A DNA stretch of 64,000 nt from Oceanispirochaeta sp. (GTDB lineage: Bacteria > Spirochaetota > Spirochaetia > DSM-2461): positions 288,001-352,000 of the forward strand of contig CAXXXD010000003.1 in the NCBI GenBank assembly GCA_963663385.2, given 5' to 3'. The position numbers and the translations under genes are program-made. Shown in pieces: positions 19,499-27,706 of the stretch (the first letter of the stretch is position 1; the number at the start of each line of letters is the position of its first letter). The notes below the pieces were generated by a model. The model was not told where the DNA came from and ran no database searches. It saw only the letters and a list, made by a program, of their open reading frames with translations.

Positions 19499-20992
19499 AT
19501 GGAATATGCCATTGCCGTACTGGATATTGGAAAGACCAACAAAAAAATCGTTATATATGATGAGAAGCTTAATCAGATAGATTCTGTTTACAAGTCCATC
19601 CCGACTATTCAATTTGAAGAACTGGATGTGGAAAATACTCAAAGGATTGAGGACTGGTTCTATGAAAATCTGAAGGCTCTGAGTCAGAAATATGATATTC
19701 GCAGCCTTTCCGTTTCTGCTCATGGAGCAACCTGTGCCTGTGTAGATAAAGCGGGCGAATTGGCTGTTCCTGTTGTGGCTTATACCAATGAAGTTCCCGA
19801 GGATTTTCATGATAAGTTCTATGAGCTGGTCGGCAATTGTCATACTCTGCAGAGAGAAACCGGTACGGCCCAGGTCAAACCCCTGATTAACCTGGCCCAG
19901 CTGATCTATTTTCTGCAGAAACGATTTCCCTCGGACTATGAGAAAACGGACAGGATTCTCCCTTACGCCCAGTTTTTCGGGTACAAACTGACCGGTAAGG
20001 CCGCAGCCGATTATACCTATACGGGCTGTCATACCTACCTGTGGGATTTTGATAAGTGGCAGTGGTCTTCTGTAGCCGAAAAGCTGGGTATACTGCCTAA
20101 GCTGCCGGAAAAATTGAAGAATCCGGCGGATATTCTGGGCACCATAAGTCCCGAAATGGCTTTGCGCACTGGCCTTAAACCTGAAACTATCGTGACGGTG
20201 GGGCTCCATGATTCGAATTCCTCCCTCATACCCTATCTGGTTAAAGGAGAAAAGGACTTTATCCTTAACTCCACCGGTACCTGGTGTGTGGTAATGCATC
20301 CTACAAGGGAGTATTCCTTTAGTGAGGAAGAGATAGGGAAAACAGTCTTTTATAATATTTCTGCCCGGCAGGAACTGGTTAAAACGGCCATTTTTATGGG
20401 TGGGCTGGAATTTGAAAACTATATGACAATTCTTCAGAACTTGAATAATACGGATGAATACCCCGGCTTCAACAGGGATATTGTACAGTCTGTTCTGGAT
20501 AAAAACTGCGATTTCATTGTTCCCGGAGTTGTACGGGGGGCTGGTCAGTTTCCCGATTCAAAACCCGGCGTGTACGAAGGGGAGAGGTTTTATTCCCTGA
20601 AAGATATACGAAACGGTCAGGTTCCTGCCTTCTTTTCAGATTTCAGATACGCCCATGCTGTTCTGAATCTTTCTCTGTTAATGCAGACATCTGTAGCTCT
20701 GGACAGGGTTTCTGCTCAAGCTGGAACTCCCATCTATATAGAGGGGGGATTTCGTAAAAACGATGTGTACAAACGGCTGATTGCTTCTTTGTATCCGGAT
20801 TCTCCTGTGTATACCACCAGTATTAAAGAGGCTTCCTCCTATGGGGCCGCCATAGCGGGTAAGGCGGCGTATGATGATGTGGAGCTGGAAGACCTGGCGG
20901 ATCTGGTAAGAATTGATATGAATCCGGTTGAAGCTGTGGGGTTGGAAGGGTTGAAGGATTATAGAACAGCGTTTATGAAGAAAATAAGATAA
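19499..20992 (+). CDS. FGGY-family carbohydrate kinase, probable rhamnulokinase (RhaK-like)
   Basis: IAVLDIGKTNKK, SAHGA, GCHTYLWD, GLHDSNSSL, STGTW, FMGG.E. Operon with rhaA. Confidence 0.85.
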   Translation: MEYAIAVLDIGKTNKKIVIYDEKLNQIDSVYKSIPTIQFEELDVENTQRIEDWFYENLKALSQKYDIRSLSVSAHGATCACVDKAGELAVPVVAYTNEVPEDFHDKFYELVGNCHTLQRETGTAQVKPLINLAQLIYFLQKRFPSDYEKTDRILPYAQFFGYKLTGKAAADYTYTGCHTYLWDFDKWQWSSVAEKLGILPKLPEKLKNPADILGTISPEMALRTGLKPETIVTVGLHDSNSSLIPYLVKGEKDFILNSTGTWCVVMHPTREYSFSEEEIGKTVFYNISARQELVKTAIFMGGLEFENYMTILQNLNNTDEYPGFNRDIVQSVLDKNCDFIVPGVVRGAGQFPDSKPGVYEGERFYSLKDIRNGQVPAFFSDFRYAHAVLNLSLLMQTSVALDRVSAQAGTPIYIEGGFRKNDVYKRLIASLYPDSPVYTTSIKEASSYGAAIAGKAAYDDVELEDLADLVRIDMNPVEAVGLEGLKDYRTAFMKKIR

Positions 20993-21090
20993 CAGCTCAA
21001 ACAGGAAAGAAGAGAATCCCGGAGGACAGAATCCAGTCAATCTCTGTAGTAGGTTGATAACTGAAAGATTGAACGTCCTCCGGAGAGTCC

Positions 21091-21119
21091 AAAAAAACCG
21101 GATTCACAAAGAATCCGGT
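21091..21119 (-). terminator. Intrinsic terminator after the second rhaM
   Basis: ACCGGATTC-ACAAA-GAATCCGGT with an A-run on the left, giving a U-tract on the minus strand. Confidence 0.75.
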
Positions 21120-21141
21120 ACTAATTCCTGTAGTTTTGATT

Positions 21142-21468
21142 TCAACTATCGAAGTAGAATATTTCCTTCAGGGGGATGGTAACCGGTGAGTTATCCTCAT
21201 TAACTTCCATAATATCGGCCATATACCTCCACCACTTCTGAACAACAGGATTCTTACCGAGATCCTGACTGCCGGAATCACCAGCTATTTTCTGGACTCC
21301 GAAAAGGGTTCCTGACTCTTCATCCAGAAATATGGCGTAATCAGAAATTCCCTGTTCCTTTAATAGAACCAGGAGTTCAGGCCAGATCTCATCATGGCGA
21401 TTTTTATACTCCATTTCATTCCCCTTCTTCAGCTGCATTTTAAAGGCGGCCCTATTCCCATTACTCAT
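21142..21468 (-). CDS. rhaM: Second L-rhamnose mutarotase
   Basis: AAFKMQLKKG...RHDEIWPEL...KWWRYMADIME. 79/104 aligned residues identical to the 13752 copy by manual count. GAGG RBS before ATG 21468. Confidence 0.92.
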   Translation of the reverse strand: MSNGNRAAFKMQLKKGNEMEYKNRHDEIWPELLVLLKEQGISDYAIFLDEESGTLFGVQKIAGDSGSQDLGKNPVVQKWWRYMADIMEVNEDNSPVTIPLKEIFYFDS

Positions 21469-21575
21469 TTTACAACCTCTCCCCATCACCTGGATTTCAA
21501 TTTTTTGGTCCTTTTTTATTCTACCCATAATTACAGGTGGAATGGCTTCCAATCCCTTTTCATTCTGATTTATAA

Positions 21576-23102
21576 CTATTCCGTAGCATTAGGCAGAGCC
21601 TCGCTGATAAAGGCTTTTCCAGATGGGACAATATAGTCTGTAACCCCTCTCGAAAAGGCAAACTGATGCAGCCTGCCAAGAGGCCGGGCGATAAAGGGAT
21701 ACTTCACCAGATCGTCGTCCTGAACCATACTCTGCAGATCTGTTTCAGTCCCGCACTTTTTTGCGGCCTGAAAGCGCAGACGTTCCGCTATATCTTTTTC
21801 CCGGACGATAAGATTTTCCATTTCAGCCGGATCCTCGTTCAGGTTGAAAAGCTGTTCCCTGCCGCCGTTGGCCATATAGATATACTTCCACTGTTTATGG
21901 CGCACCATCAGCTTGAACTGACGGGTCTCGGGTCTGCCGTGAAAGGAGAAAAGGAAATCCCTTTTATCCTCCAGGATATCGATACCGTCCCGTACATCCT
22001 TTTTGCCGCCCAGCTTGGTAGCCAGGCCAAACAGATCAGTCAGGCTGACAAGATCATCGGATTTGGTGTTACCTTTCAGCAGGGCCGGATAGCTTACAAT
22101 GAAGGGGATTTTAACAGAGGGTTCATAAAAACACTCCTTCTGCCAGGCGTGATGATCTCCCAGCATATCCCCGTGATCCGTAAAAAAGCAGATCATCGTG
22201 TTGTCCGCATCGGGGTGTTTCTCAACTTCATCCAGAATGCGTCCTATGCAGGAGTCGATATAGGAGATCTCCCCGTAGTAGCGGGTTCTGAGATTCCGGG
22301 CCCAGGCATCATTAATCTCATCCGAATAGACGATATAGTTCATCCAGGGGATCTGCTCGTCGTAGTGGTCGTCCGCCAGATCGCCCTTGATCGGATCGGG
22401 CATACCGTCAGGGTCATACATTCTGTTGTAGGGAATGGGCGGTGCACAGGGAGGATGGGGGCCTATAAAGGAAACCAGCCCGAAGTACGGCCGCTCATCC
22501 TGAACTTTCAGCTGCTCGATTGTTCTGTCTGCCACAAAGCTTTCTACAGTCAGTTCTTCAGGCAGAGGGCTGACCTGGGGAGCATAGTACATATTGGTCC
22601 GCTCCCCGTGGAGCTGTTCCAGATGTCCGTATTCGGGGTGTTCCTGCTCTATGTAGCCGGCAAAACCGTCCCGGCTTCTCAGTTCGGGGCTGTCCCACAT
22701 CTCTTCCGTGTGGATATGGGTTTCATACCCGAGCTCTTCGTACTGGTCCGGAAAGGTATGGAATTTGCCTATACCGAAGGTCCGGTATCCCAGTTTCCCC
22801 ATAACCCGGGGGAGGTAGGGTCCCGACCAGTTCTCCATACCTTCCTCCCCGGTTTTCTGGGGATTCTGAGGCTCTTCATTGCAGTAGCAGCCCATTGTAC
22901 AGGAGTCCCGCCCCGTCCGTATGCTGTAACGGGCGGGTATACAGACCGGGCAGGAGGAGTAGGCATTGGTATAGGTTACACCCCTTTCGACAAGACGGTC
23001 CAGATTCGGTGTCTGAATTGTTGAATTCCCCAGGGAGGAGATGCAGTCATAGCGGAACTGGTCGCACATGAGATAGAGTATATTTGGTTTCTTCCTATTC
23101 AT
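21576..23102 (-). CDS. Cys-type (formylglycine-dependent, family S1) sulfatase, no signal peptide
   Basis: KPNILYLMCDQ, CPVCIPAR (CxPxR), GKFH, GPHPP, TDHGDMLGDH, QLFNL.EDP.E. Confidence 0.93.
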   Translation of the reverse strand: MNRKKPNILYLMCDQFRYDCISSLGNSTIQTPNLDRLVERGVTYTNAYSSCPVCIPARYSIRTGRDSCTMGCYCNEEPQNPQKTGEEGMENWSGPYLPRVMGKLGYRTFGIGKFHTFPDQYEELGYETHIHTEEMWDSPELRSRDGFAGYIEQEHPEYGHLEQLHGERTNMYYAPQVSPLPEELTVESFVADRTIEQLKVQDERPYFGLVSFIGPHPPCAPPIPYNRMYDPDGMPDPIKGDLADDHYDEQIPWMNYIVYSDEINDAWARNLRTRYYGEISYIDSCIGRILDEVEKHPDADNTMICFFTDHGDMLGDHHAWQKECFYEPSVKIPFIVSYPALLKGNTKSDDLVSLTDLFGLATKLGGKKDVRDGIDILEDKRDFLFSFHGRPETRQFKLMVRHKQWKYIYMANGGREQLFNLNEDPAEMENLIVREKDIAERLRFQAAKKCGTETDLQSMVQDDDLVKYPFIARPLGRLHQFAFSRGVTDYIVPSGKAFISEALPNATE

Positions 23103-23105
23103 AAC

Positions 23106-23846
23106 TTACCACCATTTAATCAGATCTGTTACCTGATTCCTTAAATCCACAAAATCCTGACTGGACACCTTACGGGGACGGGGCAGATCATTCATCAATT
23201 CTGTTTTAATTTTGGTTGGTTTATTGGTCATAACCAGAATTCTGTCGCTCAGGTAGACGGCCTCTTCAATATTATGAGTAATAAAAACAATGGTTGTTTT
23301 TGTCTTTTCCCACAGGTTCAGCAGTTCGTCCTCCAGTTTGTACTTTAAATTTAAATCCAGCTGTCCGTAGGGTTCATCCATTAACAGAAGATCCGGCTTT
23401 GTCGCAAAAGCCCTGGCGATCACCACCCTCTGCAGCATACTGGCAGACAGTTCGCCGGGGTAGTACTTTCTGTGGCTTTCCAGGTTTACCATGGCAATGG
23501 CTTCTTCTACCCTTTCGTCTATCGTATTTTGATCATATCCCTTGATCTTCAGGCCGTAGGCGATGTTCTGCTCCACATTCAGCCAGGGGAAGGTGGAATA
23601 TTCCTGAAGGATATAGGCCAGATGGTGTTTTCTGGGGTCCACATCTTCACCATCCAGTTTGATTGATCCGCTGTTGATATCGATAATCTTTGTCAGACTG
23701 TTCAGAAAGGTTGTTTTTCCGCACCCGGTCGGTCCGACGATGACAAGGAATTCACTCTCTTTGACGGAAAAAGAGATATTATCCAGTACAAGAAGATCAC
23801 CATAGCTCTTGGTCAGGTTTTGAACCTGTACTTTTTCTTTGACCAT
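23106..23846 (-). CDS. TauB/SsuB-like ABC ATPase with a degenerate signature motif
   Basis: GPTGCGKTT, LSASMLQR, LMDEPYG, ITHNIEEA. Confidence 0.9.
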   Translation of the reverse strand: MVKEKVQVQNLTKSYGDLLVLDNISFSVKESEFLVIVGPTGCGKTTFLNSLTKIIDINSGSIKLDGEDVDPRKHHLAYILQEYSTFPWLNVEQNIAYGLKIKGYDQNTIDERVEEAIAMVNLESHRKYYPGELSASMLQRVVIARAFATKPDLLLMDEPYGQLDLNLKYKLEDELLNLWEKTKTTIVFITHNIEEAVYLSDRILVMTNKPTKIKTELMNDLPRPRKVSSQDFVDLRNQVTDLIKWW

Positions 23847-24632
23847 TTATACACCCTCCCTTAAATCAACCAGGGAACTGATCTCTTCTCTCAGTTCAAG
23901 AAATTCCGGTGCAACCAGACTGCGGGGGCGGGGAAGGTCTATTATATACTCTTTCAGGATTTTTGCCGGACACTCTGTTAAGATGACGATTCTGTCTGCC
24001 AGATAAAGGGCTTCTTCTATGTTGTTCGTTACAAAGATGACCGTTCTTTTCTCTTTTTCCCAGATCTTTTCAACTTCCTCTTCCATCATGTAGCGGGTCT
24101 GGGCATCCAGGTGGCCGAAAGGCTCATCCATCAGGATAATTTCAGGATCGTCGCAGTAGGCGCGGGCGATTCCCACCCTCTGCTGCATGCCTCCGGACAG
24201 CATAACCGGATAGTGCTTTTCAAAACCCTTCAGACCAACCAGATCGATATAGTACCGGGCCTTCTCCTGTCTCTCTTTTCTGGAGATCCCCTTTGCTTTG
24301 GGGCCGAACTCGACATTTCCCATAACCGAAAGCCAGGGGAAAAGGGCTGTTGTCTGGTAAACCATCCCGACCCGTGAATCAAAACCTGTCATAGGTTTGT
24401 CTTCGATGGATATCTGACCTTTCGTAACCGATTCCAGCCCGGCCAGCATTTTCAGCAGGGTCGTTTTTCCGCACTGCCCGGCGCCGAACAGAACCAGGAA
24501 TTCATTCTCTTTTATATCCAGGGATATATCATCAAGAATCAGGGCTTCTCCCCCTTCGGTCTGGAAGGATTTGGATGCATTCTCCAGATTGATGATATTC
24601 TTTGTATTATTTAGCGGCTTCGTACTGACCAT
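23847..24632 (-). CDS. TauB/SsuB-like ABC ATPase lacking the H-loop His
   Basis: GAGQCGKTT, LSGGMQQR, LMDEPFG, VTNNIEEA. GGAGG RBS favours ATG 24632. Confidence 0.9.
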   Translation of the reverse strand: MVSTKPLNNTKNIINLENASKSFQTEGGEALILDDISLDIKENEFLVLFGAGQCGKTTLLKMLAGLESVTKGQISIEDKPMTGFDSRVGMVYQTTALFPWLSVMGNVEFGPKAKGISRKERQEKARYYIDLVGLKGFEKHYPVMLSGGMQQRVGIARAYCDDPEIILMDEPFGHLDAQTRYMMEEEVEKIWEKEKRTVIFVTNNIEEALYLADRIVILTECPAKILKEYIIDLPRPRSLVAPEFLELREEISSLVDLREGV

Positions 24633-25405
24633 CTGCACAACCTCCTCTCAATCTCTCTTAAAACAGAAGCCAGAATCAGTCCGACGGCTCCGATGGCAAT
24701 CATGCCGATTACGTTATTTTCAATTCTTCCCGTCTGCATTCCTGCCAGGATCAGCCATCCGGCTCCTTCTCTTGCGGTAATCATTTCGGCAGCCAGAACG
24801 GCCATCCAGCTTGTGGAAAGAGAGGTCTGCAGACCTGTAAAAATATAGGGGACGCTGTAGGGAAGTACGATTTTTCTGAATATCTGGTTTTCTCTGGCCC
24901 CCAGCACTTTGGCTACCCCGATCAGTTCCCTGCTGACATGCTGGGCCCCATCCATGGTATTCATAACCATCTGGGAGAAACCTCCCATAAAGATAATGAA
25001 ATAGATCGTGGGTTCTCCGATACCAATCCATAGAATAGCCAGAGGTATCCAGGCGATTCCGGGAATAGGGCGGATTATACTGAACAGGGGATAGATAATG
25101 GCATGAGCCATTTTTGAATGCCCCATGGCCAGACCGATCAGAATTCCGGTAAGGGATGAGAGAATGTATCCGACCAGAACCCTCTTTAAACTGACCAGTA
25201 TATGTCCCAGCAGGGTATATTTACCAATCGGATTAATAAAGGCTGAAAAAAATGCCTTAAAGGAAAATACGGGAGTAGGAAAGATTTTCCCGAAATTGGT
25301 AAAAAGGCAGGCTATATGCCAGAGAAACAGGAATATAAGGATTCCCAGGAATCCGTACATCCAGGTATCCCTGGAATCTTTTGTCAAAACTATTTTAGGC
25401 ATCAT
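24611..25405 (-). CDS. TauC/SsuC-like ABC permease
   Basis: SLKRVLVG, RPIPGIAWIPLAILW.G, VLAAEM. Confidence 0.9.
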   Translation of the reverse strand: MMPKIVLTKDSRDTWMYGFLGILIFLFLWHIACLFTNFGKIFPTPVFSFKAFFSAFINPIGKYTLLGHILVSLKRVLVGYILSSLTGILIGLAMGHSKMAHAIIYPLFSIIRPIPGIAWIPLAILWIGIGEPTIYFIIFMGGFSQMVMNTMDGAQHVSRELIGVAKVLGARENQIFRKIVLPYSVPYIFTGLQTSLSTSWMAVLAAEMITAREGAGWLILAGMQTGRIENNVIGMIAIGAVGLILASVLREIERRLCRWSVRSR

Positions 25406-26175
25406 CTTCGGCCTCCTTTTACAAACTTCCTTTCCAGAAAGCTTAGGGTTTCCATCATTACAGCTCCGAAAACTCCGATAACCAGAACACCCACGAATAC
25501 AACGTCAATTCTTCCGACCAGGCGGGCCATCTGAATCATAAAGCCGAGGCCTTTGGTTGAGGCAATCAGTTCGGCTGCAACAAGGGATACCCATGACCCG
25601 TTTAAGGCTACTCTGGCACCGGTAAAAATCATGGGAGCTGCCGAAGGGATGGCCGTTGTAAACAGAACCTGACGATTGGATGCTCCAAAGGTGAGAGCTA
25701 CCCATTTATGTACATCCTTCGTCTGTTTTATCCCGCTGTAGGAATTGATAACAGCCGGTATAAAGGAAGCAATAAAGATTACCGAAACCTTGGACATGAT
25801 TCCTATTCCAAAAAAGGTGATCATAATGGGAACCCAGCCGACAGGCGGGATGGGTTTAATCAAATCGAACAGAGGCCGGAAGAATTTGTCGAACTTATCG
25901 AACCAGGCCATGCTTATACCCAGGGGGACTCCAATAACGATTCCAAAAAAGAATCCGATCAATGCTTCTTTCAGGCTGGTCCAGATATGAATGCCCAATA
26001 CATTCCCGTCGGGATTTTTATTGCTCAGCTTATATATGAACGTATCAAACAGTTTGATCGGAGTAGGCAGTTTTTTGGCTGATATTATTCCTGCTGTCGA
26101 TATGAGCTGCCAGAGGAATATAAATACCAGTAATGAAGCTATTGAAATCAGTATGTATTTTGTTTTCTCTTTCAA
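25402..26175 (-). CDS. Second TauC/SsuC-like ABC permease
   Basis: KPIPPVGWVP, FGAS..Q, SLVAAELIAS..GLG. Confidence 0.9.
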   Translation of the reverse strand: MKEKTKYILISIASLLVFIFLWQLISTAGIISAKKLPTPIKLFDTFIYKLSNKNPDGNVLGIHIWTSLKEALIGFFFGIVIGVPLGISMAWFDKFDKFFRPLFDLIKPIPPVGWVPIMITFFGIGIMSKVSVIFIASFIPAVINSYSGIKQTKDVHKWVALTFGASNRQVLFTTAIPSAAPMIFTGARVALNGSWVSLVAAELIASTKGLGFMIQMARLVGRIDVVFVGVLVIGVFGAVMMETLSFLERKFVKGGRR

Positions 26176-26208
26176 TTTCTTATCCTTGTAATAATACTTT
26201 CACCCCCT

Positions 26209-26340
26209 CCCTCATCCCCGGCCCTTCTCCCAGAGGGAGAAAGGATAATAGCCATATGTTTTTTTTAAAATAAAGGTATTTTACCCCCTCTCCCCTCTGA
26301 TCCCTGAGCGGAGCCGAAGGGGGAGAGGGCGGGGTGAGGG
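26209..26340. repeat. GC-rich palindromic REP-like element containing a nested second REP-type motif
   Basis: CCCTCATCCCCGGCCCTTCTCCC.GAGGGAGAAAGG ... CCCCTCTCCC[...CCCTGAGCGGAGCCGAAGGG]GGAGAGGGCGGGGTGAGGG. Confidence 0.75.
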
Positions 26341-26416
26341 CTGGATGAAAGCTGTCGAATTGCTACATCAATTCATATGTTATAGTCTTTGCTATATGGA
26401 AATCGAATCAATGCTT

Positions 26417-27457
26417 TCAGTCAGCGAGTACGTCTTTCCAGAGGTCGTCAACCACATTCTTTTTGAACATTTCAGCCTGTTCGGGTTCAATGTTTCCAAT
26501 GTAGGCATAGAAGTCGGCAATGGCGGATTCGGGTTTACCGTATTCCATGGATTTCTGTACTTCAGGGGTAATCAGAATTCTCAGTTTGGCTTCCTGCAGG
26601 GCCGCTGTCAGATCACCTTCCCGGCCGTTTTCTTCATACCACTTAACAAGCATTTTGGCTTTCAGGTTATGATCGGCTTCCAGTTCTTCCGCGGCACGGT
26701 AGACAAGACTCATATAGGTTTTGATAGCTTCCTGTTTGCTTTCGTAAGCTTCTCTGGAAACAATCAGGTCTCCCGTGGACATGACAAAGTCAGACAGGGT
26801 AGCGATGGGGACCCATCCGTATTTGTCTTCAACAGTCAGTGACCAGGGAGTGGGGAAAGCAGCTATATCGCCTTCGCCAGTTGCAAAAACCTGCTCTCCC
26901 GTCTGATAGTCCATGGGGACTGTGTTCACATCATCTACAGCTACACCAATTCGTTCCAGGTACTCAATAACCAGCTGATGCAGGGAGGTTCCCGGGGCAT
27001 ATATGATGGTTTTGTCTTTAACTGTTTCAGGGCTGCCGAAAACACCGGGATAGGTTGGATTAAAACCTTTATCTTTCAGTATATCGCTGTCGGCCCTTAC
27101 AAAAAGAGTGTCACCGCGGGTTTCTTCATAGTTTCCCACAAGTTTTGCATCCGTATTGATTACTCCGAATACATAAGCGGCTCCCTGGAACCCGATATCC
27201 CACAGGCCGGCAGCCAGAGCTTCGTTGGCTGTTGAACCGTTGGAATAAACCTGAAGGTCAATATCAAGCCCTGCTTCTTCCGCCCATCCTTTGTCTCTGA
27301 TATACATGGCTACCACACCGTTGAAATAGGGCTGGACCATAACGCCTAACCTGGCTTTTGCTTCAGTACTCGCGGATTCTCCGTCTTCCTGTGTGCCATT
27401 GGCGAAAAGGGGAACAAATATGGCAAATGCCAACAGAACTGCTAATAGTTTTTTCAT
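26417..27457 (-). CDS. TauA/SsuA/NMT1-like ABC substrate-binding protein
   Basis: Signal peptide ...FANGTQE; KGWAEEAGLDIDL..YSNG...NEALAAG.WD, GTSLH. Confidence 0.85.
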   Translation of the reverse strand: MKKLLAVLLAFAIFVPLFANGTQEDGESASTEAKARLGVMVQPYFNGVVAMYIRDKGWAEEAGLDIDLQVYSNGSTANEALAAGLWDIGFQGAAYVFGVINTDAKLVGNYEETRGDTLFVRADSDILKDKGFNPTYPGVFGSPETVKDKTIIYAPGTSLHQLVIEYLERIGVAVDDVNTVPMDYQTGEQVFATGEGDIAAFPTPWSLTVEDKYGWVPIATLSDFVMSTGDLIVSREAYESKQEAIKTYMSLVYRAAEELEADHNLKAKMLVKWYEENGREGDLTAALQEAKLRILITPEVQKSMEYGKPESAIADFYAYIGNIEPEQAEMFKKNVVDDLWKDVLAD

Positions 27458-27706
27458 AGTAACTCCTTAATCGTTTTGTAATATTATCTGTTCAGCTTTT
27501 CCCTAAAAGATAGTAAGAATGAAGCCCTCTTTTTTCCCTATTCAGTATGCCGTAAAATTCCGGTTCGGGATGTTTGTATAATTCCGGTGACGGATTATAA
27601 CGATTCCGTAAGTTATCCTTCAACGGGCAGCAATTTTCAGTCAATTTCAGCATCCTTCCTTGCTCTTTCGGGTATCGGTGTTAGAATGGAATCACGATAA
27701 GGCGCT

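Noticed and set aside
21666..23024. 452-aa plus-strand ORF
   Set aside because: Antisense shadow of the sulfatase gene.
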